Shown piece by piece: positions 47,350-55,693 of a stretch of DNA of 64,000 bases; within the stretch, counting starts at the first letter, position 1, and each line of letters opens with the position of its first letter. Source of the stretch: Patescibacteria group bacterium (GTDB lineage Bacteria > Patescibacteriota > Minisyncoccia > UBA6257 > 1-14-0-10-40-38); the NCBI GenBank assembly GCA_038064975.1, contig JBBTRX010000002.1:64880-128879 (forward strand). The letters are read 5' to 3'. The notes below the pieces were generated by a model. The model searched no databases. It had not been told where the DNA came from and saw only the letters and a program-made list of their open reading frames with translations. The translations under genes were made by a program, and so were the position numbers.

Positions 47350-47964
47350 ATGACAGAAGTAGTTAAGCTTGAAGGTCGTGTTCGACTGTTGGGATATGGA
47401 CCAGACGAAGTTCGTATCGGTGATCTCTTGGAACAAGAAGTGGATCTCGTTCAAGGTATGGTAAATGGTCATCAGTGGATCACGGTCCAAGATGGACGGA
47501 TACAATCCACGCCAACGAGAGAAGAACTCCCCTGTCCTACGGAAGACGAAAACATGCTTCCGTTTTGGAGGAGACATCAAGAAAGCGACGAGTCTCATCG
47601 CATGGAGCAATTGACGTTCGTAGATGACTTACAAGGAATTTATTCACCATCGTTTTCCATTCAACATTTGTGCGGATATTACTACACGAGAGAGAAATAC
47701 GAACAAGAAGCAGTAAAGCTCGAGAGCTATGGATTCCAATGTCTGCGCTCAAGACGCGACGTAAGCGGGAGATACTGGGAAATCTGGTATCTGCCTAGCC
47801 TCTTCTCTTCAGCTCAAGGCGAGCTGAAAGAAACAATCAAAGGTTTGAAGGAAGAAAAAGCGCAAACGGCGCGTGCAATTCAATTCCTTTGTAGAAACAT
47901 TTCTTTTGGAACGCTTGATGTATCCATCCAGCGAGCAGCAATGACTATGGACGATTACTGGTAA
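47350..47964 (+). CDS. hypothetical protein
   Basis: 204-aa ORF with its own terminator at 47974..48014. No recognisable domain. Confidence 0.4.
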   Translation: MTEVVKLEGRVRLLGYGPDEVRIGDLLEQEVDLVQGMVNGHQWITVQDGRIQSTPTREELPCPTEDENMLPFWRRHQESDESHRMEQLTFVDDLQGIYSPSFSIQHLCGYYYTREKYEQEAVKLESYGFQCLRSRRDVSGRYWEIWYLPSLFSSAQGELKETIKGLKEEKAQTARAIQFLCRNISFGTLDVSIQRAAMTMDDYW

Positions 47965-47973
47965 GCCAAGCAG

Positions 47974-48014
47974 AGACCCCTATTCGTCTTCGGACGAGCA
48001 GGGGTCTTTTTTTC
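47974..48014 (+). terminator. rho-independent terminator
   Basis: AGACCCCtattcgtcttcggacgagcaGGGGTCT followed by TTTTTTT. Confidence 0.6.
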
Positions 48015-48295
48015 ATCTTTTGACACCTCCGTAAAAACCCGATACGTTATGCTTAGTTCTTCGACAGCCCAAACCAAAAGGAAGTCCTATGTCTGCCCTT
48101 ACCGTGATCGAGGTCATACTTTTCCTCTTTGCGATCCCTGGTCCATTTTTGATTGGTTTTAGAATTGGTCATCGTGATCACCTACACGGAACAGCTACGA
48201 GAATTTTTTACGTATCTGCTCTCTTTTTCGTAGCAGCAGCGACACTTCATATCCTGCGGATGTAGTCCCTCAAACCCAACAAAAGGAGAAGACTC

Positions 48296-49048
48296 ATGAA
48301 CAGTTCTACTGTTCTCGCTCTACTTGAACGCTTTGGCGCGATTATTACAAATGACCATATTGTCTATACATCGGGTCGACACGGTGATATGTACATCAAT
48401 AAAGATGCGATCTATCCCCATACCGAAATAGTATTCTCCCTTTGTCGTGAACTTGCCAATCGGTTTCTTGAAGAACCTGCGGATGTCGTCGTTGCTCCTG
48501 CGCAGGGAGGCATCATCCTTTCCCAATGGGTAGCACGTCACTTAAGTGTCATGCTTAAGAGAGATGTGCTCGCCGTTTACGCCGAAAAGTCCGCGGACGG
48601 TACGACGTTCGTTTTGAGACGCGGGTATGATAACCTCGTTGCTGATAAACGAGTTCTGGTTGTGGAAGATATTCTTACAACCGGCGGTTCGGTACGCAAA
48701 GTAGTGGAGCTCGTACGCAAGCATGGTGGCGACGTTTTTGGCGTGGGTGCACTCGTGAATCGTGGAGGAGTTACTACTCGCGATGTAGGCAATGTGCTGG
48801 ATCTCGTTTCACTCCTGAAACTTGATCTTGATACATGGAGCGAAGAGCAATGCCCGCTCTGCCAAAAAGGGACTCCTATTAATACAAATGTAGGCAAGGG
48901 ACTGGAGTTTATGGAACGCAAATACGCTCGTAGTCGCTGGACATGTGACGGATGCGAAACGGAAATGACGCCATCCACATCAGAGAAACGACCCAACAAA
49001 CTTCTTTGTTCGCGTTGTATCGGAGAAGCAGGAGACTCTTTCGGTTAA
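48296..49048 (+). CDS. type I phosphoribosyltransferase (OPRT-like) fused to a C-terminal zinc ribbon
   Basis: PRPP-binding motif VLVVEDILTTGGS, followed by CPLC...CDGC...CSRC. Confidence 0.6.
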   Translation: MNSSTVLALLERFGAIITNDHIVYTSGRHGDMYINKDAIYPHTEIVFSLCRELANRFLEEPADVVVAPAQGGIILSQWVARHLSVMLKRDVLAVYAEKSADGTTFVLRRGYDNLVADKRVLVVEDILTTGGSVRKVVELVRKHGGDVFGVGALVNRGGVTTRDVGNVLDLVSLLKLDLDTWSEEQCPLCQKGTPINTNVGKGLEFMERKYARSRWTCDGCETEMTPSTSEKRPNKLLCSRCIGEAGDSFG

Positions 49049-49061
49049 GCCGTAGCTCCAC

Positions 49062-49101
49062 AAGAACCCTTATCATCCCAAGAGATACGGGTTCTTTTTA
49101 T
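49062..49101 (+). terminator. rho-independent terminator
   Basis: GAACCC...GGGTTC stem followed by TTTTTATTT. Confidence 0.5.
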
Positions 49102-49178
49102 TTGACAGTCCCCTAAATCTTCAAGCATAATCCCCACGTATTCAGTCCCCGTTCATTTACAAGCAAAAGGAGACCATC

Positions 49179-49679
49179 ATGAGCCCGTTTCTGGAAGAAG
49201 AGCATAAAGAACATATCAACTACGCCCCTCACCAATTCACATCTCAAGAGATGCAGGAATTAGAACAAATCATCATTGCGTCGGAAGACGCGACTGATTA
49301 TGCGAAAAGACTTTTTGTCTGGCTTCTCCGTGAGACGAATCATTTCACCCGTCGCGTCGCCGTATCGCTCCGAAACGCAGCCGTGGGCGAACAACTCGTG
49401 AACGAAGTGCGCCAAAGCGCCCGAGCAATCATGGGATGCTACGGCACAACCGATCTTTTTAGAAAAATTGGGATTTATGGAACGCAAATGAATTTCACAC
49501 ACCATCAAGGATGTTTCAATGCAGAAGGGTTTGACATGATGGAAGATGGGCACACTTTCTGGTACACGTTCATCTATCACGATAGCCGTGCAACGGTTCT
49601 CCCCCTTCCGTCACAAGAAGTATTGGAAGCGATCTCACTAGAATCTAAATCCTCCAAAGAGGACGAGGATGAGTCATAG
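49179..49679 (+). CDS. hypothetical protein
   Basis: 166-aa ORF with a TTGACA-18-CATAAT promoter upstream at about 49099..49128. Confidence 0.4.
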   Translation: MSPFLEEEHKEHINYAPHQFTSQEMQELEQIIIASEDATDYAKRLFVWLLRETNHFTRRVAVSLRNAAVGEQLVNEVRQSARAIMGCYGTTDLFRKIGIYGTQMNFTHHQGCFNAEGFDMMEDGHTFWYTFIYHDSRATVLPLPSQEVLEAISLESKSSKEDEDES

Positions 49680-49810
49680 ATCTAAAGCGCACGACCCCCC
49701 GGTACGGCGCCTTTTCTTTTTCCATAATTTTCGCTAGTGTTGTTTTAGTACTCGTCCTCATCACCCAATACCAATCCGGATTTGCCGGACAAGGAGAAAG
49801 GACACGAAAG

Positions 49811-50047
49811 ATGACACCTGAAGAACAGAAAGGGCATCTGTTACGTATTGCAAATTCTTACTGCAAAACAAGACACCCCGACTACTACAAATCTTTGATA
49901 TATAGTGGACCAGGCGAAGGACCGCCATGCTCAGATTGCCGCGCAGAAGTGCGGCGCGATTATGAACTGAAGCAGGCAAAATTTCGGGGAAGAATCCTTT
50001 CCCCCGAGGAGGCAAGGGCGGTACGAAATAGCCATCGACTTCCCTAG
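49811..50047 (+). CDS. hypothetical small protein
   Basis: 78 aa, followed by a terminator at 50077..50117. Confidence 0.35.
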   Translation: MTPEEQKGHLLRIANSYCKTRHPDYYKSLIYSGPGEGPPCSDCRAEVRRDYELKQAKFRGRILSPEEARAVRNSHRLP

Positions 50048-50195
50048 GCCATGAATCTCTTGAGATTTTGCGACCCAGTCCCCGTATTGCTTTCACGAGC
50101 AGAACGGGGCTTTTTTTCGCGACACTTGATACGATTTCTAAAACATGGTAATATAATCCCTTCGTTCCTTTACATAACCGTTCTTTAGGGAGGAG

Positions 50196-50477
50196 ATGCC
50201 TGTGACGCTTACGGAAGAGTGGACCGTAGATCGTGTCTTGGAAGAAACGGGAAGAGACCCTCGCAACAAGGGATATACCGCGGAGATTTGCGGTAATTCT
50301 CGTTGTAACGGAAAGGCAAACGTTTTGAGACGCCTTCCTTCGTGGCAATGTGAGTGTGGAAGATGGAATCTCATTCCCACCGAGCGCGCGAATGTGAATC
50401 TGCATGAAGAACCCACGATCGGCCCCCCCGCTCAACTCATTTATGCCGCCAACATGAGAAGAGCGCGCCATGGCTAG
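50196..50477 (+). CDS. hypothetical small zinc-ribbon protein
   Basis: 93 aa with the spacing C..C...CxC. A TTGATA-17-TAATAT promoter sits upstream at about 50093..50121. Confidence 0.35.
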   Translation: MPVTLTEEWTVDRVLEETGRDPRNKGYTAEICGNSRCNGKANVLRRLPSWQCECGRWNLIPTERANVNLHEEPTIGPPAQLIYAANMRRARHG

Positions 50478-50654
50478 TGCAGAGAAAGAGCCGAACACTC
50501 GACCTTTGGTACGTGACCTCTTGATGCTCTGCAAGATTAAGGAGCATGAAGGTTGTCCGCGAATCATGAGCACCCCTTCGGCAATGATCCGATGTAACTG
50601 CACCTGCCACGAAAAACCCAAGAGAAGAAAGATTTGGGGATAGTGCTAAGACCC

Positions 50655-50690
50655 GAGCCCCTTTGCTTTCGCAAAGGGGCTCTTTTTTTA
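50655..50690 (+). terminator. rho-independent terminator
   Basis: 12-bp stem GAGCCCCTTTGC/GCAAAGGGGCTC followed by TTTTTTT. Confidence 0.65.
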
Positions 50691-50721
50691 CAAGCGATTT
50701 ACATAATCTCAAAAATTCAAT

Positions 50722-51159
50722 ATGTGGGAATTTTATTTTTCATACCCCCTGCCTTATACTAACTCCAGCAGTTTGATTCACTCATACGCCGAACATCTCA
50801 AGGAGACTACAGTGGCGAAGAAAACCCGAACCAAGACTCCCCCGTCCCCCTTCATAAGAGTAGAGCCGCTCAACAAACGAGAGCTTACAGTAATAAAAAA
50901 GAGCCTTATGAAGAAGGATGAGAAAGAAAGCGCTAGAATAAAAAAGGTTGGTGAATGCACGGCCTGCTATGGAGAAGTTGTAAAAGAAACCATCCAAATC
51001 TTCCCACGCACAGACTTCATAGGGCACCAAGCTAGTTATCCCGAAACAACCTACCACTGCAACATGTGTGGTCTCATGTACAAGTACCCACCGAAGAAAG
51101 GCACGATTAGACGGCAAGCCGTACAAAACCCTATTTATAGACACGACATAGAAGATTAA
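50722..51159 (+). CDS. hypothetical protein with Cys cluster
   Basis: 145 aa with CTACYG...CNMCG, followed by a terminator at 51166..51197. Confidence 0.35.
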   Translation: MWEFYFSYPLPYTNSSSLIHSYAEHLKETTVAKKTRTKTPPSPFIRVEPLNKRELTVIKKSLMKKDEKESARIKKVGECTACYGEVVKETIQIFPRTDFIGHQASYPETTYHCNMCGLMYKYPPKKGTIRRQAVQNPIYRHDIED

Positions 51160-51213
51160 GTAGGTCCGCCCCCCCCGCAAAACGGGGGTCTTTTTTATCT
51201 CTTTACAAGTTTC

Positions 51214-51753
51214 ATGAAACCGCATATACTAACCCTACCCTTGAAAAACCAGCCAAAACTTAATCATCAAATCAAAGCATCTGAAGTCCGGGTACTCACC
51301 GATTCGGGAGAAAACTTGGGCGTGATGGAACTTCCGAAAGCTCTCACTATGGCCCGCGAACAGGGCCTTGATCTTATTGAAGTAAGCGACAAAGCGAAGC
51401 CGCCTGTCGTCCGCATCATGAGCTTTGATAAGTACCGCTACCAAGAAGAGAAGAAGCTCAAAAAACAGCGGTCCGGAGAAAAGGTGAAGGAAGTAAAACA
51501 GGTGCAAGTCTCTGTTCGTTCCGCGAAACATGACCTTGGGGTCAAGGCAAAACGGGTAAATGAATTCCTTGAAGCGGGACATCCGGTAGCGCTTGTTATG
51601 ACGCTCCGCGGAAGAGAGAAGGCAAACAAAGATTGGGCGAAGAAAAAACTTGAAGAATTCCTCGAACTTATCACTACCCCTTTCCAACGAATCTCAAATA
51701 TTCATCCCGGCGGAAGAGGTCTTGTAATGCAAATTGTTCCGACCAAAAAATAA
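51214..51753 (+). CDS. infC: translation initiation factor IF-3
   Basis: IF-3 N- and C-domains (VRVLTDSGENLGV..., KQVQVSVRSAKHDL). A TTTACA-17-TATACT promoter sits upstream at 51196..51226. Confidence 0.85.
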   Translation: MKPHILTLPLKNQPKLNHQIKASEVRVLTDSGENLGVMELPKALTMAREQGLDLIEVSDKAKPPVVRIMSFDKYRYQEEKKLKKQRSGEKVKEVKQVQVSVRSAKHDLGVKAKRVNEFLEAGHPVALVMTLRGREKANKDWAKKKLEEFLELITTPFQRISNIHPGGRGLVMQIVPTKK

Positions 51754-51759
51754 GTATAT

Positions 51760-51933
51760 ATGAAACGAAGTATTCAGAGCCGATTTACACTCACCGGTAC
51801 TGGTAAACTCAAACGCCAACCGATGGGCAAAGGCCACAACAAAGCAAAAAAGACGGGAAAACAAAAACACGGAAAGCGCGTTGCCCTTCACGTACACGGA
51901 GCTGACCGCAAAAACATTTTGAAATACTTCTAA
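51760..51933 (+). CDS. rpmI: 50S ribosomal protein L35
   Basis: 57-aa basic protein (MKRSIQSRFTLTGTGKLKRQ...HGKRVALHV) in the canonical infC-rpmI-rplT position. It was absent from the ORF track because it is under 60 aa. Confidence 0.6.
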   Translation: MKRSIQSRFTLTGTGKLKRQPMGKGHNKAKKTGKQKHGKRVALHVHGADRKNILKYF

Positions 51934-51937
51934 ATCT

Positions 51938-52282
51938 ATGACACGAGTAAAACGAGGCGTTACTGCCAATAAACGGAGAAAGAATGTTTTAAAAGCGGCA
52001 AAAGGATTCCGCTGGAGCAGAAAATCCAAAGAGCGCGCAGCTAAAGAAGCTTTGCTTCATTCGCTTACGAATAAATTCCGTGGCAGAAAAGAAAAGAAGC
52101 GCGTGAATCGCGCCCTCTGGCAAGTCAAAATCAATGCAGCTGTCCGACCCGAAGGAATGAAATATTCAACCTTCATCGGAGCACTCAAGAAAAAGAACAT
52201 TATCATTGACCGCAAAGTACTCGCTGATCTCGCGGAACATGAACCGAAAGTATTTAAGAAAATAGTGGAAAGCGTGAAATAA
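51938..52282 (+). CDS. rplT: 50S ribosomal protein L20
   Basis: MTRVKRGVTANKRRKNVLKAAKGFRWSR is the classic L20 N-terminus. Confidence 0.85.
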   Translation: MTRVKRGVTANKRRKNVLKAAKGFRWSRKSKERAAKEALLHSLTNKFRGRKEKKRVNRALWQVKINAAVRPEGMKYSTFIGALKKKNIIIDRKVLADLAEHEPKVFKKIVESVK

Positions 52283-52394
52283 TAAAAAAGTATAAGGTAG
52301 TAGGTATAAGGTATAAAGCAAAAACCGCCTTTCGGCGGTTTTTTAGTGCAATTTTTTACTTAAAAACTGTTCAACTGATTAACTCTTTAACTCA

Positions 52395-52655
52395 TTAACT
52401 GGAAAAAGAAACGCCTTCCTTTTTGAGGATGCGTTTCTTTTTTGCTGTTCCCCACGCGAAACCACCCGGATTTCCATCCGCGCGAATAACGCGATGACAA
52501 GGAACTTTAGGATCCCGATTTTTGTTCAGAATGTTCCCCACCGCTCGGTAGGCTCGGGGATTCCCCGCGATGCGCGCTATTTCTTGGTACGTGCGCGTTT
52601 CGCCTCGGGGGATTCTTTGGACCGCCTGATATACCTTTCTCCTGAAGGAAGTCAT
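52395..52655 (-). CDS. methylated-DNA--protein-cysteine methyltransferase, C-terminal (DNA-binding/active-site) domain only
   Basis: PCHRV active-site motif and the YQEIARIAGNPRAYRAVG helix-turn-helix. Confidence 0.7.
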   Translation of the reverse strand: MTSFRRKVYQAVQRIPRGETRTYQEIARIAGNPRAYRAVGNILNKNRDPKVPCHRVIRADGNPGGFAWGTAKKKRILKKEGVSFSS

Positions 52656-53094
52656 AAGCCCGATCTAATATTTGCAAACTATCTTTGTATCTTGCCAGTA
52701 TTCGTTTCGCTTCCACATAGGTGAACCATCCATATCCCTCGTGCTCATCTGAAACCGCGATTTGCACGATACTAGTTTCCGCAAGGTAGAGAATGACTAC
52801 TTTAAAGATTTTTTCCTTGCCTCGACGATAGGAAAACCGCTCACGCGCTTTGAATCCCCGAACGAAGTGGAGTTCAGAAGCTTTGAGTCCTGTTTCTTCC
52901 TGGACTTCGCGAAGTGCCGTTTGCCAGCTCCGCTCTTCTGATTCCATCTTTCCCTTCGCGAAATTCCAATAGTTTCCGCCGTGATAGAGAATGAGAAATT
53001 TTGGGCCCTCCTTTGTTCTCCGAAAGACGATGATACCGGCGGATATAATCCGCTGCATGGAAAGTAGTTTACCACGCCTAAGGTTTTGGTTCAA
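52507..53094 (-). CDS. NUDIX hydrolase with low-complexity C-terminal tail
   Basis: Nudix box GKMESEERSWQTALREVQEETGL. The last 49 or so codons overlap the MGMT gene in another frame. Confidence 0.6.
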   Translation of the reverse strand: MNQNLRRGKLLSMQRIISAGIIVFRRTKEGPKFLILYHGGNYWNFAKGKMESEERSWQTALREVQEETGLKASELHFVRGFKARERFSYRRGKEKIFKVVILYLAETSIVQIAVSDEHEGYGWFTYVEAKRILARYKDSLQILDRAYDFLQEKGISGGPKNPPRRNAHVPRNSAHRGESPSLPSGGEHSEQKSGS

Positions 53095-54867
53095 TTAAGC
53101 CCGATTTTTCAGTAATTTCAACATTTGATCAACTGGATACGTATTAATAATACCCCCCTTTGTCACCCAACCTCTCCTTGCCTGTGAGATACCAAATTCA
53201 AGTACAGAAAAATGGCTTACGCTATGTGCGTCGGAATCAATAGACATTTTTACACCCGCTTTCACACATTTTCTGATATGATCGTCTTTCAAATCTAACC
53301 GATCAGGAAATGCATCTATCTCTAAAATAGTCCCCGTCTTTTTCGCTACCGCAATAATCTCTTCCATATCTATAGGATACGCCGGTCGCTTCCCTATCCT
53401 ACGCCCCGTCGGATGAAATAAAATATCGGCATGCGGATTATGCATTGCTTTTACTACACGCGCTGTCTGCTCTTCAATCGGAAGATTGAAATAGGAATGC
53501 ACGGAGATACCAACGACATCCAACTTCGCGAGCACGTCGTCCGAAATATCCAGCGATCCGTCTTTTAAAATATCACATTCGGAACCCGCAAGAATTCTGA
53601 ATTTCTTTTTTTCTTTCTGCAAATCCCCGTTAATTTTTCTAATCTCTTCAATTTGCTCTAAAATCTTTTTCTCATCCAATCCCCCCGTCATCGCAAGGCG
53701 TTTGGTATGGTCAGTAATCACGATGTATTCAAGTCCTGCTTTCATTGCGGCATCCGCCATCGCGCGGATAGAATCCGCCCCGTCCGTCCAATTAGTCTGG
53801 GTTTGCAAATCCCCTTTCAAATCGCCGTAATCAATAAGCTTCGGAAGCTTCTTTTCTTCGGCAAGTTCAACTTCACCCGCGTCTTCACGCATTTCCGGAG
53901 GAATGTATTCCAATCCAAGTGCTGAATAAATTTCTTCTTCAGTTTTCCCCGCTACCAACTTCCATTCATTGTCGTTAGTTGTTAGTTTTTTGTTGTTAGT
54001 TTTCTTATAGAGCCCATATTCATTAAGCTTCATACCCTTACTGATGGCGATTTTTCTCAAATGCACATTATGATCTTTTGATCCTGTAAAGTAATTTAAA
54101 GCCGCACCGTAGGACTCCGGTGGCACTACGCGGAGATCAGCATCAATGCCGGCTTTGAGCCGAACCATCGATTTCGTGGGTCCTTTGGCATAGACGCGCG
54201 CCACTTCCGGCATTGCAGTAAACGCATCCATCACGGTCTCTGCGTTCTTCGCGACAACAAGAATATCAATATCTCCTACAGTTTCTTTGCGCCTACGAAT
54301 TGAACCTGCAACCGCGAAATGTTCAACCGCTTTCACTTTACGTAATCGCTCTTCAATGCTTCGCACTTCGGGCACGATATTCCCCAAGAGCATTCTTCCG
54401 CCTGATGCACGCACGAATTCAATCCCTTTCAAAATATTCTCTTCACTCTTTTTTCCAAATCCTTCCAAAACTCCAATCGTTCCGGCTTTTGCAGCTTTTT
54501 CTAAATCATCCAGATTTTTAATCTTGAGCTTCTCGTACAACCGTTTTATTTTTTTCGGGCCCAACCCTTCAACTTTTGTAAGTGTCGCAAGATCAACAGG
54601 CGTTTCGAGTTTTAACTGTTCGTAATACGCGAGCTTTCCAGTTTTTATAAGTTCTTCAACATGATCAGCAATAGATGCCCCAACACCAGGAATGGTTAAA
54701 ATCGCGGCTCGTCCGCCTCTTTTGTAGAGACCAGAAATTTCTTCATCAAGCGCAAGCACGCTTTCGGCTACCTTCTCATATGCGCGTGGCTTAAACGGAA
54801 TATCCTCCATCGCTAAATATTCGGCAATGTTGGTCAATATTTCTGCGATTTCCTTATTGGTAAGCAT
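53095..54867 (-). CDS. polX: DNA polymerase X family protein with PHP domain
   Basis: Pol-beta-like HhH and palm N-terminus, and a C-terminal PHP (His-rich) domain. Confidence 0.8.
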   Translation of the reverse strand: MLTNKEIAEILTNIAEYLAMEDIPFKPRAYEKVAESVLALDEEISGLYKRGGRAAILTIPGVGASIADHVEELIKTGKLAYYEQLKLETPVDLATLTKVEGLGPKKIKRLYEKLKIKNLDDLEKAAKAGTIGVLEGFGKKSEENILKGIEFVRASGGRMLLGNIVPEVRSIEERLRKVKAVEHFAVAGSIRRRKETVGDIDILVVAKNAETVMDAFTAMPEVARVYAKGPTKSMVRLKAGIDADLRVVPPESYGAALNYFTGSKDHNVHLRKIAISKGMKLNEYGLYKKTNNKKLTTNDNEWKLVAGKTEEEIYSALGLEYIPPEMREDAGEVELAEEKKLPKLIDYGDLKGDLQTQTNWTDGADSIRAMADAAMKAGLEYIVITDHTKRLAMTGGLDEKKILEQIEEIRKINGDLQKEKKKFRILAGSECDILKDGSLDISDDVLAKLDVVGISVHSYFNLPIEEQTARVVKAMHNPHADILFHPTGRRIGKRPAYPIDMEEIIAVAKKTGTILEIDAFPDRLDLKDDHIRKCVKAGVKMSIDSDAHSVSHFSVLEFGISQARRGWVTKGGIINTYPVDQMLKLLKNRA

Positions 54868-54872
54868 AGTGC

Positions 54873-55634
54873 CTAGCTATGATGCGCTGTTCTCCGATGC
54901 GGACGCTCGGGCAAAACCCGAACAGGAGATCCCTTTTTTCTAATAAGACTGGGTTGGATAAAAAGAAGAAGAAAAGATCCTAAAACAGCTAGGACTCCTG
55001 CGCAGAAAAATAATGTTTGGAATCCAAATGTTTCGGCAATATATCCTCCCAAGGCAGAAGCGCCCGCTGTCGCAAACCCTACTGAGAACACGCTCTCTAA
55101 GCTCCATTCAAAACTAATGCGCCATTTATCTACGTGCCGCGTAAAAATGCTGTACCACGCGGGAACCGCGATCGCCATAGAGACGCCAAGAAAGGCTTGA
55201 GCCATATAGAGATGCCAAGGCTCCGTAATAAACATATACATAAAAGGAACGAGACCGCTCATGAAGAAACCCAAAAACATGGCCCAAAAATCATCGGTTT
55301 CGCCGTCCGTTTTGTCTAAAAAGCGTGCAATGGGAAGCTGGATGAGAGATTTTATAATCCAATAGACCGAGGTCGCAAAACCGGCAATCTGCACCGATCC
55401 ACCCGCAATCTGGTTAGTAATAAAAATAGCAAAGATCGGAGCAAAGGATCCAAACGCGGAATTCACAAAGAAATCCGTGACTACCATAATTTTGACAACC
55501 CGATTAATAGATAAAAACATAGTTTTCCTTATTATACCCCAGAGCTCGTTAAAAACCCCGTGGTACCCGTGCAAAAATCGATCTCGCCCGTGACGAGAAT
55601 ACGAGTCGGAGGATGAAATGTGCTGGGAGCACAT
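54873..55634 (-). CDS. MFS-like six-TM membrane protein (possibly a half-transporter or truncated)
   Basis: Six TM helices. The true start is probably the internal MFLSINR. Confidence 0.4.
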   Translation of the reverse strand: MCSQHISSSDSYSRHGRDRFLHGYHGVFNELWGIIRKTMFLSINRVVKIMVVTDFFVNSAFGSFAPIFAIFITNQIAGGSVQIAGFATSVYWIIKSLIQLPIARFLDKTDGETDDFWAMFLGFFMSGLVPFMYMFITEPWHLYMAQAFLGVSMAIAVPAWYSIFTRHVDKWRISFEWSLESVFSVGFATAGASALGGYIAETFGFQTLFFCAGVLAVLGSFLLLFIQPSLIRKKGSPVRVLPERPHRRTAHHS

Positions 55635-55693
55635 TGAATCCGAGACGAAGTTTTGAGTAGGACGAGGTTGATTTTGGCATGGGGGAGAGTTAT

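Noticed and set aside
48090-48233. 47-aa hydrophobic peptide ORF with an AAAGGAAG RBS in the island leader
   Set aside because: It is plausible as a small membrane peptide, but it falls below a confident calling threshold and has no conservation evidence.
49761-50621. 286-aa minus-strand ORF spanning the small-gene island
   Set aside because: It is Arg-rich and non-protein-like. The plus-strand small genes are supported by plus-oriented promoters and terminators. This one is antisense to them.
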